From Vicinamibacterales bacterium (GTDB lineage Bacteria; Acidobacteriota; Vicinamibacteria; Vicinamibacterales; 2-12-FULL-66-21): 64,000 bases of DNA. The stretch covers positions 20,636-84,635 of the forward strand of contig DATAFJ010000027.1 of assembly GCA_036257535.1 (NCBI GenBank), given 5' to 3'. The position numbers and the translations under genes are program-made. The stretch's first letter is position 1; every line of letters starts with the position of its first letter. The notes under the pieces were generated by a model, which had not been told where the DNA came from, searched no databases, and saw only the letters and a list, made by a program, of their open reading frames with translations. Shown in pieces: positions 24,724-32,940 of this stretch.

Positions 24724-25502
24724 GGACGGCCGTTTCATGTCTCACGATTTCACTCGCGTCGGTTCAGTTCTCGCTGGTGTCGGTCGAGCAGGAGGTTGCG
24801 ATCGGCAGGCAGGCGCAGGCCCAGGTCAGGAAGCAGGTGCCCGAGCTCGGCGGCGACGTTCGCGTCTACGTCGTTGACATCGGGCGCCAGCTCGCCCGGA
24901 ACGCCGAAGGGCCCGGGTATCCGTATAGCTTTTCGATCGCGAATTATCGCGAGATCAATGCGTTCGCGCTGCCGGGCGGACCGATCTGGATACATCGAGG
25001 CGCCGTCGACGCGGCGCGCAACGAATCGCAGCTCGCGGGCGTGCTGGCGCACGAGGTCGCGCACATCGCTCGCCGGCACGCCGCCGACCAGCTGACGAAG
25101 GGCGTCATCGCCGACGGGCTGCTGTCGCTGCTCGGCGCCGTGCTGGGGAACGATGGCAGCGCGCGGGCGGCGCAGGTTGCGGCACAGGTCCTCGCTGGCG
25201 GCTACCTGCTCAAGTTCAGTCGCGACGACGAGAGGGAAGCGGACCGGGTCGGAATCGCCATCATGCGGCGCGCAGGATGGGATCAGCGGGGCATGGTCGA
25301 GTTTCTCGAGATCCTTCGCGATCGCCAGGGGAGGACTCCATCGGACGTCGAGGTCTTCCTCTCGAGCCATCCGTCGCCGGCGAGCCGCGTGCAGGAGCTG
25401 CGCCGGCTCGCGCGCGGCGGCGGCCGCCGCGACAGCGTGCGCTTTTCGACCATTCAACGTCAGCTCAACCGCCTTCCCGCGGCGCAGAGAATGCCCCGTT
25501 AG
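24720..25502 (+). CDS. M48-family zinc metallopeptidase
   Basis: LAHEVAHIARRH (HExxH) with downstream DDEREADRVG. GTG 24720 overlaps the YihY stop. Start uncertain. Confidence 0.85.
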   Translation: MRTAVSCLTISLASVQFSLVSVEQEVAIGRQAQAQVRKQVPELGGDVRVYVVDIGRQLARNAEGPGYPYSFSIANYREINAFALPGGPIWIHRGAVDAARNESQLAGVLAHEVAHIARRHAADQLTKGVIADGLLSLLGAVLGNDGSARAAQVAAQVLAGGYLLKFSRDDEREADRVGIAIMRRAGWDQRGMVEFLEILRDRQGRTPSDVEVFLSSHPSPASRVQELRRLARGGGRRDSVRFSTIQRQLNRLPAAQRMPR

Positions 25503-25694
25503 AGGTGTGTCGCCGGCTACATCAGGTGGTAAGCGCGCGTTACTCTTCGACGCGCTGCAGAGCTCGCTGGAGGCGCGACACGGTGGCACCTCGCTTGCTC
25601 AATACAGTGGTGCCGGGACGCTACGGCGTTCCGGCCCGCCTCTCCGGCGTTCCGCCGGAGAACACACCCTGCCCTTAGAGCCTGCCAATGGGCT

Positions 25695-25729
25695 GCAGGG
25701 AGCGAAAGGTGCTCCCTGCCTTGTCTTGT
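25695..25729 (+). terminator. Hairpin plus T-rich tail (candidate intrinsic terminator, plus strand)
   Basis: GCAGGGAGC gaaaggt GCTCCCTGC (9-bp stem) followed by cTTGTCTTGT. It sits at the 3' end of a 235-nt structured intergenic region. Confidence 0.4.
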
Positions 25730-25737
25730 ACCGGGGC

Positions 25738-26202
25738 TTAGTGTCCGAGGCTTTCGGAATCAGAGGGAGGTGTCGTCGGCGGGATCGATCGGGGCCGGGT
25801 TTTCGGAGAGTGACGCAGTTCCATCTCGCTGTTGAAGTAGAGCGCCAGACCGAGCACGAAGACCGCGCCGCCGATGCCGAACGCGACGCCGGGCTCGCCG
25901 GCGGCGAAGCCGATGATCATCCAGAGCCCCGCGCCCAGGCCCATCACGATCACGCCGGCGCGCCGGTAGCGCGCCGACCGCTCGATTACCCGCTCATCCC
26001 ATGTCGGCTGTCCCATCGCGCGCTCGAAGCTCGCGGGATCGACTTCCGGCGGCGGGGCGATGCCGCGTTCAATCCTGGCGAGGCGCTCCCGGTGCGCCAT
26101 CTCCCGCAGGCGGCCGCGCTGGATCATCGAGACCACCAGGACGATCGCGCCCGTGACGATGAGCAGGGTGGCCGTCAAACCAAAGACTTCTTCAGGCTGC
26201 AC
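25738..26202 (-). CDS. Hypothetical 3-TM membrane protein, divergent from the ECF sigma gene
   Basis: Frame of ORF 25738..26283. GTG 26202 is preceded by GGAGG. Hydrophobic helices LTATLLIVTGAIVLVVSMI, AGVIVMGLGAGLWMIIGFAA and FGIGGAVFVLGLALYF. Confidence 0.6.
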   Translation of the reverse strand: MQPEEVFGLTATLLIVTGAIVLVVSMIQRGRLREMAHRERLARIERGIAPPPEVDPASFERAMGQPTWDERVIERSARYRRAGVIVMGLGAGLWMIIGFAAGEPGVAFGIGGAVFVLGLALYFNSEMELRHSPKTRPRSIPPTTPPSDSESLGH

Positions 26203-26256
26203 GGAACCTCCGTTTGATTTGATTAGACTGGAGGCCGCGAAGGATTGTTTCAAGCG

Positions 26257-26292
26257 ACGGATTACACGGATTACACGGAACACACGGAAACA
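26257..26292. repeat. Four tandem 9-mers (ACGGATTAC x2, ACGGAACAC, ACGGAAACA) in the ECF sigma promoter region
   Basis: acggattac acggattac acggaacac acggaaaca. The last two units contain GGAAC/GGAAAC, which resemble an ECF -35 element; TCTAAT lies 19 nt downstream of GGAAAC. Confidence 0.8.
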
Positions 26293-26330
26293 AATTGAGC
26301 TGGACGTCGCTCTAATACACTCAGCAGCGG

Positions 26331-26876
26331 ATGGACCAGGCGGAGGAACGCGAGATCGTCCGGCGCTGCCGGGAAGGTGACGAGTCTGCGTTCGCCGGTC
26401 TCGTGGATGCGTACAAGGATCTCGTCTTTGCGATGGCGACGCGGCTGACCGGCAGCCGGGATCAGGCGGAAGATCTCGCGCAGGAGGCCTTCCTTCGCGT
26501 GCATCGCGGGCTGCCGTACTTCCGCGGCGAGGCGCGGCTCGGCACGTGGATCTACCGCATCGTCGCGAACCTTGCGACGGAGCCGAGATTTCACCGCTCC
26601 ACCGCCGCTTCGCTGGACACCGGGAAGCAGGGCGGCCCGGCGGACGTTGCGTCGCACGATTCGTCGTTCGGGGATCTCGAACTGAAGGATCGGCTGGAGA
26701 AGGCGATCGCTCGTCTGCCGGAAAACTATCGGCTGCTCATCGCGGGGCACTACCTGAAAGGCGTGCGCTACGAGGATCTCGCGGAGGCGGCCGGCATACC
26801 GATGGGAACCGTCAAGACGCACCTGTACCGGGCCAAGAAGATGCTTCGGCGGATGCTGGAGTCGGATCTGGGATGA
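26331..26876 (+). CDS. ECF (group IV) sigma-70 factor
   Basis: Region 2 (DLAQEAFLRVHRGLPYFRGEARLGTWIYRIVANL) and region 4 (YEDLAEAAGIPMGTVKTHLYRAKKMLRRML). Confidence 0.92.
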   Translation: MDQAEEREIVRRCREGDESAFAGLVDAYKDLVFAMATRLTGSRDQAEDLAQEAFLRVHRGLPYFRGEARLGTWIYRIVANLATEPRFHRSTAASLDTGKQGGPADVASHDSSFGDLELKDRLEKAIARLPENYRLLIAGHYLKGVRYEDLAEAAGIPMGTVKTHLYRAKKMLRRMLESDLG

Positions 26877-27343
26877 CCTGTCAGGAGTTCGAGGATCGGA
26901 TCGACGCGCTTGCCTCTGGAGACGAGGTCCAGACCCACGAGACGCGTGCGCATCTCGAAACGTGCCATCGCTGTCAGGCGGCATTCGCGCGCGCGGTTCA
27001 AGTCGAGCAGTTCCTCGCGTCGCGCCCGGCGCCGGCGGCGCCGCCGCGCTTCACGCCCCGCGTCTCCATCGCCGTTCGCCATGCGACCTGGGAGTCCGAG
27101 CAGTCGCTCGACCGCTGGTTCAACGTCGCCGTGGCGGCATCGATTCTCCTCGCGGCCTGCGGAGTATGGCTGCTTGCAAACGTCAGCGGCATGGCTGCCG
27201 TGGGCGCGGATGCCGGCCGGTTGCTGCGGGATGGCGCCGCCCTCGCCGCCGAGCGCTTCGGAGGGAACGTCGCCGTGTATTTCGGCGCGACGCTGGTGCT
27301 GCTGTTCTCGGTGGCCGTCTGGTCGTGGGCGGAACAGAACTAG
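26873..27343 (+). CDS. Anti-sigma factor (zf-HC2-like N-terminus, membrane-spanning)
   Basis: ATG 26873 overlaps the sigma stop (ATGA). MTCQEFEDRIDA...AHLETCHRCQAAF, and TM helices WFNVAVAASILLAACGVWLL and VYFGATLVLLFSVAVWSW. Confidence 0.8.
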   Translation: MTCQEFEDRIDALASGDEVQTHETRAHLETCHRCQAAFARAVQVEQFLASRPAPAAPPRFTPRVSIAVRHATWESEQSLDRWFNVAVAASILLAACGVWLLANVSGMAAVGADAGRLLRDGAALAAERFGGNVAVYFGATLVLLFSVAVWSWAEQN

Positions 27344-27383
27344 ATCATTCAGCATTCCACACTCATCAATCCCCACTGAGTTA
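27344..27383. repeat. Copy of the ~30-nt GATTGCTGAGTGTGGAATGCTGA element between two convergent stops
   Basis: The minus strand after TAA (27383-27381) reads CTCAGTGGGGATTGATGAGTGTGGAATGCTGAATGATCTA. On the plus strand it follows the anti-sigma TAG (27341-27343). Confidence 0.8.
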
Positions 27384-29105
27384 CCGTCCCTGCGCGACGA
27401 ACAGCAGATTCTCTTTCCGGGCGGCGACGAGCGTCGCTACGGGACGCATTGCCAGCCACGCTATTCCGGACGCGACAGCGGCCCAGGCCGCGACGAGCAG
27501 CGCCGCGGCGGGAAGGCTGTCGAGCCAGAAGATGGCGGCGCCCGCGGCGAGCCCTGCCGGCGCGGCAGCGAGCAGGAGGCCGATCAGCCCGAGCAGGTTC
27601 GCGCCCTGGTGCGCGTTGCTGTCGCGGCCGATGCCCGCGAGGTTCACTTTGCGCGGCAGGATCGCCGACAGGACCGCGTTCACCGGAACCATCAGCATGT
27701 AGGCGGAGATCCCGCCGAGCCCCAGCGCAATCCACAGCCACGGCGACATGGACGGCGACATGATCACGGCGACGATCATGACGAACATGGCGGGGAATGC
27801 CAGGACCATGGCGCTGCCGGCCGCTTTGCCCATGAGCAGGTCGCGCTCGGTGATCGGTGAGAGGCACTCGAGCGTCAGGCCTGCGCCGTCGGATGCGAAC
27901 TGGTTCAGTGCGATCGGGCTGAGAGAGAGCAGCGTGATTCCCAGCCCAATCATGGCGAGGCTCACGCCAGGGCTCAAGGCCGCAAACAGAAACGGGACCT
28001 CGCCCGAGCGCAGAAGCATGACCGAGAAGAACGGGACCGTCAGGATGCTGCCGAAGAGGGCCATCTTGCCGCGCGGCGTGCGGAGCACGAGACGGACGAA
28101 CGCCCAGGCGACCGCCGACGCGCCGGCGCTCAGGCCCGGCACGCGGCGCATGACGGACCGCGCGCGATCCTGGGTCTGCCGCATGCCGCTCGTCGCGGGC
28201 GTTTCGAGGAGCCGGTTGTACGTGAGCCAGCCCGCGACGTGAAGCGCCGTCGCCGCCAGCGCCAGCCCCGCCGTCCAGCCGGCAGCGGCCCCGAGCCGGC
28301 CCGCGGCCGCCGTCCGTGCGGCCCTCATGTAATACCCGGGCGGCAGCGCCATCGCGACGGCGGAGGCGAAACGTGCCACTCGCGCGTCGGAGTCGCGCGC
28401 GCCTCGTCCGTCCATGCTCCGCTCCAGGCGTCTCCGCTCGCGCCGCTCCTCCAGCGACGGCAGGACGAACGACGGCAGCATCGACGTCGCGACGATCGCG
28501 AGCATGACGGCCACCATCGCACGTTCGCCACGCCGCCGGTTGCGCAGCACGAGCTGCAGCACCGCCGTGGACAGCATCGCGAGGCCGAGGATGAGGACGA
28601 TCATGAGCACGCCGCCGCCGATCGCGAAGAACGCCGCGGACAACCGTCCCGCCGCCGCAAGGCCGATCGGGACCCCGACGAACAACGGAACGATGACGGC
28701 AATCCAGGGGTCGGCGAGCACACCGAGCGTCTGAACGGCGTAGAGCACGCCGCGCGGGATCGGAAGAAGGAGCAGCCGCAGCTGCCCCGACGCCTGCGCG
28801 TTCGCGGGGAACACGAGCGGCGAGAACACCGCAAAACCGCAGGCGAAGAGCAGTATGAACTGCACGATGCCCGCGACGGTCGTGCCCGCCGGTTGACCGA
28901 CCCAGTAGCCGGCGATGAATCCGAGGACCCCGAAGCCCAGGCCGGCGGGGACGATCATGATGACCGCGACGATCGGCGCGATCGTTTCGAGCGCGATCGA
29001 GAACCGCTCGAGCAGGTCGCGCCTGCGGCCGCGCGCCAGCGAGCGCATGATCATCCGCCAGCGAAGCCAGACGAGAGCGCGGACGTAGCGGACGAGATCC
29101 TCCAC
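27381..29105 (-). CDS. Large polytopic ABC-exporter permease-like membrane protein
   Basis: Frame of ORF 27381..29210. GTG 29105 lies 1 nt after the ATPase stop. About 12 hydrophobic helices over 574 aa. No family motif recognised beyond the context with the ATPase. Confidence 0.75.
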   Translation of the reverse strand: MEDLVRYVRALVWLRWRMIMRSLARGRRRDLLERFSIALETIAPIVAVIMIVPAGLGFGVLGFIAGYWVGQPAGTTVAGIVQFILLFACGFAVFSPLVFPANAQASGQLRLLLLPIPRGVLYAVQTLGVLADPWIAVIVPLFVGVPIGLAAAGRLSAAFFAIGGGVLMIVLILGLAMLSTAVLQLVLRNRRRGERAMVAVMLAIVATSMLPSFVLPSLEERRERRRLERSMDGRGARDSDARVARFASAVAMALPPGYYMRAARTAAAGRLGAAAGWTAGLALAATALHVAGWLTYNRLLETPATSGMRQTQDRARSVMRRVPGLSAGASAVAWAFVRLVLRTPRGKMALFGSILTVPFFSVMLLRSGEVPFLFAALSPGVSLAMIGLGITLLSLSPIALNQFASDGAGLTLECLSPITERDLLMGKAAGSAMVLAFPAMFVMIVAVIMSPSMSPWLWIALGLGGISAYMLMVPVNAVLSAILPRKVNLAGIGRDSNAHQGANLLGLIGLLLAAAPAGLAAGAAIFWLDSLPAAALLVAAWAAVASGIAWLAMRPVATLVAARKENLLFVAQGR

Positions 29106-29106
29106 G

Positions 29107-29898
29107 TCAGAGCCAGTCGAGCGTCTTGCGCGTCTCGGGACCGCCGACGAGGCCGATGAATATCTCTTCGAGCGTGCCGCCGCCGCCCGCGTTCCGGCGC
29201 AGATCCGCAACCGGCCCCTGTGCGACGAGCCGCCCCTTCGCGATGACGCCGATGTGATCGCACAGCCGCTCGACGATCTCGAGGATGTGAGAGGTCAGGA
29301 AGATCGTGCCGCCGCGCGCGACGAAGGACTGCAGCAGATCCTTGATCTGGCGCGACGCCAGCGCGTCGATGCCTTCGAAGGGCTCGTCGAGGAAGAGCAG
29401 TCGCGGGCCGGGAAGAAGCGCCGCCGCGAGCGACAGTTTCTTGCGCATGCCGTGCGAATAGTCCGCGACCAGCGTGTCCGAGGCGACCGCGAGATCCAGC
29501 AGCTCGAGCAGCGCCTGAGTCCGCGCACGCACCACATCCGGCTCCATCCCGTGCACCTGGCCCACGAAGCCGAGCGTCTCCGTGGCGCTCAATCGTTCGA
29601 ACAGCGCGAGATCCTCCGGGAGCACGCCGACGCGCTTCTTGACCTCGATCGGCTGGTCGAGCGGGTCAAGCCCGAGAATGGTCATCCTGCCGCTCGTCGG
29701 CCGCAGAAGCCCCGTCAGGCACTTGATCGTGGTCGACTTGCCTGCACCGTTGGGCCCGAGAAAGCCGTAAAAGCTGCCGGCCGGCACGGCAAGATCGACC
29801 GAATCGACGGCGGTGAACGAGCCGAACTTGCGGGTGAGTCCGTCAGTAGCTACCGCGAGCACGCCCCGAATCTTATCAACGAGGCCGGCATCGGGCAT
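29107..29898 (-). CDS. ABC transporter ATP-binding protein
   Basis: ATG 29898. Walker A GPNGAGKST, signature variant YSHGMRKKL, Walker B LLFLDEPFEGID, H-loop FLTSH. Confidence 0.9.
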   Translation of the reverse strand: MPDAGLVDKIRGVLAVATDGLTRKFGSFTAVDSVDLAVPAGSFYGFLGPNGAGKSTTIKCLTGLLRPTSGRMTILGLDPLDQPIEVKKRVGVLPEDLALFERLSATETLGFVGQVHGMEPDVVRARTQALLELLDLAVASDTLVADYSHGMRKKLSLAAALLPGPRLLFLDEPFEGIDALASRQIKDLLQSFVARGGTIFLTSHILEIVERLCDHIGVIAKGRLVAQGPVADLRRNAGGGGTLEEIFIGLVGGPETRKTLDWL

Positions 29899-29915
29899 CC
29901 GGTATGCAAAGAGGG

Positions 29916-30500
29916 ATGGACCTGCAGGAGCTGGTTTTAACCTCTGCCAGAGCCGTCGCGGTCTACGGCCTGATGCTCGGCGTCGTGCGACTCCTGGGTA
30001 AGCGGACGGTCGGCAATTTCTCCGCCTTCGACCTGATCGTCGCATTGATGCTCGGCGAGGTCGTCGACGAGATCATCTATGGCGACGTGCAGTTCATCCA
30101 GGGGACGGTCGCGATCGTCACGATGGCCGCGCTGGCGGGCGCGGATTCGTGGGCGAGCTATCGCAGCCAGCGGATTCAGGCAGTTGTCGAAGGGACCCCC
30201 ACGCTCATCGTTCGCGACGGCGAATTCGTTCGGAAAGGCATGAGAGTGGAGCGCCTCAACGAACAGGATGTGCTCGCGATGCTCCGTCTCCAGGGCGTGC
30301 GCGATCTCCGCGAAGTGCACCTCGCCGCGCTCGAGACCGACGGCGAATTGAGCGTCCTGAAACACGACTGGGCCGAGCCCGCGCAGAAGGCCGACATCTC
30401 GCCCGAATACGGACAAAAGAAGCAACGGATGTTGAACGGCGCGGATGAGCCGCCTCCGTCGAAGCGCACCGACGCGGCCGCCGGGCTGGGGCAGGACTGA
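29916..30500 (+). CDS. DUF421 (YetF-like) membrane protein
   Basis: VYGLMLGVVRLLGKRTVGNFSAFDLIVALMLGEVV plus a C-terminal soluble part (LIVRDGEFVRKGMRVERLNEQDVLAMLRLQGV). ATG 29916 (29904 is also possible). Confidence 0.8.
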   Translation: MDLQELVLTSARAVAVYGLMLGVVRLLGKRTVGNFSAFDLIVALMLGEVVDEIIYGDVQFIQGTVAIVTMAALAGADSWASYRSQRIQAVVEGTPTLIVRDGEFVRKGMRVERLNEQDVLAMLRLQGVRDLREVHLAALETDGELSVLKHDWAEPAQKADISPEYGQKKQRMLNGADEPPPSKRTDAAAGLGQD

Positions 30501-30754
30501 TGGACCCGCTCAGAATCGCCGCGCGGGTCGCCTTCGCGTACGTCGCCCTCCTGGTGATGGTCCGTTTGTCGGGCAAGACGTCGGTCGCGCATGGCTCGTC
30601 GACAGACGTGGTGCTGGCTATGGTGTTCGGCGACTTGGTCGACAACTTCCTCTGGGCCGAGGTCGCGGCGTCCCAGTTCATGGTCGCGCTCGGAACGCTG
30701 TTCATCGCGCGGCTGCTGACGGCTGTATACAAGGTGTGGGTGCCGGTGTCGTGA
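30500..30754 (+). CDS. Truncated DUF421 paralogue (membrane N-terminal part only, 84 aa)
   Basis: AFAYVALLVMVRLSGKTSVAHGSSTDVVLAMVFGDLV parallels the N-terminus of the upstream gene. ATG 30500 overlaps its stop (TGATG). Confidence 0.6.
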   Translation: MDPLRIAARVAFAYVALLVMVRLSGKTSVAHGSSTDVVLAMVFGDLVDNFLWAEVAASQFMVALGTLFIARLLTAVYKVWVPVS

Positions 30755-31044
30755 GTCGCGTCAACGCTTCGAGCATCATCCGTGAAACGCTTGGGACGGC
30801 CCGCACACAGCTCAATGACCTGCAGGCCGAGCTCGAAGCCGGCTCCCGAGAGGCCGAGAAGGTCCTCGATTGCGCGCACCGGATCGAGCAATGCGTCGAC
30901 GGACAACGGCAGGCGGCTGACGCGTTGGTGCGTCTGCAGCGGCGCGCGATCGAACTTCGGAGGTCTCTCAGCGAACAGCGTGCGTTGATGAGGCAACTGC
31001 GCGATAGCTTCGACAGCATTCGTCGGCAGCTCGGGCAGCACTAG
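30751..31044 (+). CDS. Hypothetical coiled-coil protein (97 aa)
   Basis: GTG 30751 overlaps the upstream stop (GTGA). Heptad-like helical sequence (LNDLQAELEAGSREAEKVLD...LRRSLSEQRALMRQLRDSFDSIRRQL). GC3 is high in this frame. Confidence 0.45.
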   Translation: MSRVNASSIIRETLGTARTQLNDLQAELEAGSREAEKVLDCAHRIEQCVDGQRQAADALVRLQRRAIELRRSLSEQRALMRQLRDSFDSIRRQLGQH

Positions 31045-31092
31045 TTCCGCCCCTGTGCTACAGTGCATTTCGCTCTCATCGAACCGCAAGGC

Positions 31093-31746
31093 ATGGCCAA
31101 GCCCGCGGTCTCAGCCCCTTCAAAGGAGCGCGTGCTCCTAATAGACGCCGCGATCGACGAGCGGGAGATGTACGCCATCGCGCTGAGGCGCTCCGGTTAC
31201 GAGGTGGCCGAGAGCACCGACGGCGAAGAGGGGCTGGTCGAGGCAGGCCGCTGGTTGCCTTCGGTCATCGTCACAGACGTTGTTCTCCCCAAGCTCGATG
31301 GGCTTCAGCTCATCGAGGAGCTTCGACAGCAGCCCGCAACGCGTGACGTACCAGTCATCGTTTTGACAGGCTGCGATCAGCCGACCGGCATCATCGCGGA
31401 GGCCCTGGCGGCCGGAGCCGCGTGCGTCCGCATCAAGCCGTGTCTGCCCGAGATGCTGCTGCGGGAAGTCCGCCGCGTGCTCGACATCTCGAAAGCGCTC
31501 CGGACGCGGTCCGCAGAGGCGCGGGTGCGCGCCGAACAGGCCCGAGGCCGGGCGATCGCTGCGCTCTCGCAAGCCTCGCAGGTCACGACCAGGCCGTGCC
31601 CGACCTGCGGCGCCGAGCTCCAGCCCGCCGCGTCAGCCAGAGCGCACGGCGACCGACACTACTACGTCCACTACCGCCCATGCCGGAACGGCTGCGGCTC
31701 GTGGTACTACGACGAGGTTGCCCGGCGACTCATCAAACTGATGTAG
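31093..31746 (+). CDS. Response regulator receiver fused to a C-terminal Cys4 zinc-ribbon-like tail
   Basis: Receiver: SVIVTDVVLPKLDGLQL, VIVLTG, VRIKPCLPEMLL. Tail: RPCPTCGAELQ...YYVHYRPCRNGCGSWYYD. ATG 31093. Confidence 0.8.
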   Translation: MAKPAVSAPSKERVLLIDAAIDEREMYAIALRRSGYEVAESTDGEEGLVEAGRWLPSVIVTDVVLPKLDGLQLIEELRQQPATRDVPVIVLTGCDQPTGIIAEALAAGAACVRIKPCLPEMLLREVRRVLDISKALRTRSAEARVRAEQARGRAIAALSQASQVTTRPCPTCGAELQPAASARAHGDRHYYVHYRPCRNGCGSWYYDEVARRLIKLM

Positions 31747-31821
31747 GCGGCCGGCTGTCGCTTCCTTCTCGAGCGGAAGGTACGGACGTTGCACCCCCGG
31801 AATCCGGTCACAGGAGCGGAC

Positions 31822-32922
31822 ATGGCAACTTCGCGAAACTCCGTCCGATATGCCGTTGTTGGTCTCGGTCACATTGCGCAGGTGGCGGTGCTGCCAGCGT
31901 TTCGACACGCGCGCAACTCGCGCCTCGCGGCACTGGTGAGCGGCGACCGGCAGAAGCGCGCGCAGCTGTCGCGAAGGTACAAAGTCCCGGCCTTCTCCTA
32001 CGAGGACTACGAGGACTGCCTCGCGAACGTCGACGCCGTCTACATCGCGCTGCCGAACTCGATGCACGCCGAGTACACGATTCGCGCCGCGAACGCCGGC
32101 GTGCACGTGTTGTGCGAGAAGCCGCTGGCCGTAACCGTCGAGGAGTGCGAGCGAATGATCGAGGCGTGCCAGAGCGCCGGCGTGAAGCTGATGACCGCCT
32201 ACCGCCTGCACTTCGAAACGACGACGATTCGAGCGATCGAGCTCGCACGGAAACGAAGACTCGGGCAGCCGAAGTTCTACGCGTCGACTTTCTCGATGCG
32301 CGTGAAGCCGGACAACATCCGAACCCGGGCGGACCTGGGAGGCGGCACGCTGTACGACCTCGGCGTGTATTGCATCAACGCCGCTCGGAATCTGTTCGGC
32401 GCCGAGCCGGTGGAGGTCTTTGCCTATTCGGTCAATACCGCCAGGAACCGGATGCCGGAGATCGACGAGTCAACGGCGGCCGTGCTCCGCTTCGAGGACG
32501 CGAGACTGGCCACGTTCATTACGAGCTTCAATGCGGCCGACACGGGCGGCTACTCAATCGTTGGCGACAAGGGCAGTCTGAAAGTCGATCCTGGGTATGA
32601 GTACGCCGAAGGGCTCTCGTACGAGCTCACGATCGACGGCAAGACGACGAAAAAGACGACGGCGAAGCGCGATCAGTTCGCGCCCGAGCTCGTCCACTTC
32701 TCGGGCTGCATTCTCCGCAACCGCGACCCGGAGCCGTCCGGCCTCGAAGGCCTGCAGGACGTCCGAGTAGTCGAAGCCCTCTACGAGTCGGCGCGGCGTG
32801 GACAGCCGGTTCGGCTGCCGCCGTACGGTGAAACCTCGCGCCCGACGCGGAAGCAGGAGATGCGACGGCCGGCCGTGCGAAAGCCGCAGCTCGTGAAGGC
32901 CGAATCGGCGTCTGGAGACTAG
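31822..32922 (+). CDS. Gfo/Idh/MocA-family NAD(P)-dependent oxidoreductase
   Basis: Rossmann N-terminus VRYAVVGLGHIAQ, and IALPNSMHAEYTIRAANAGVHVLCEKPLA. ATG 31822 after AGGAGCGGA. Confidence 0.9.
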   Translation: MATSRNSVRYAVVGLGHIAQVAVLPAFRHARNSRLAALVSGDRQKRAQLSRRYKVPAFSYEDYEDCLANVDAVYIALPNSMHAEYTIRAANAGVHVLCEKPLAVTVEECERMIEACQSAGVKLMTAYRLHFETTTIRAIELARKRRLGQPKFYASTFSMRVKPDNIRTRADLGGGTLYDLGVYCINAARNLFGAEPVEVFAYSVNTARNRMPEIDESTAAVLRFEDARLATFITSFNAADTGGYSIVGDKGSLKVDPGYEYAEGLSYELTIDGKTTKKTTAKRDQFAPELVHFSGCILRNRDPEPSGLEGLQDVRVVEALYESARRGQPVRLPPYGETSRPTRKQEMRRPAVRKPQLVKAESASGD

Positions 32923-32940
32923 CCCCGGTATAGTTGAAGC

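Noticed and set aside
30256-31089. 277-aa minus-strand ORF opposite the DUF421 cluster
   Set aside because: It is antisense to clear DUF421 sequence over most of its length. For 30751-31044 the plus frame has the higher GC3 and a GTGA-coupled start, so I favour the plus-strand coiled-coil ORF, with only moderate confidence.
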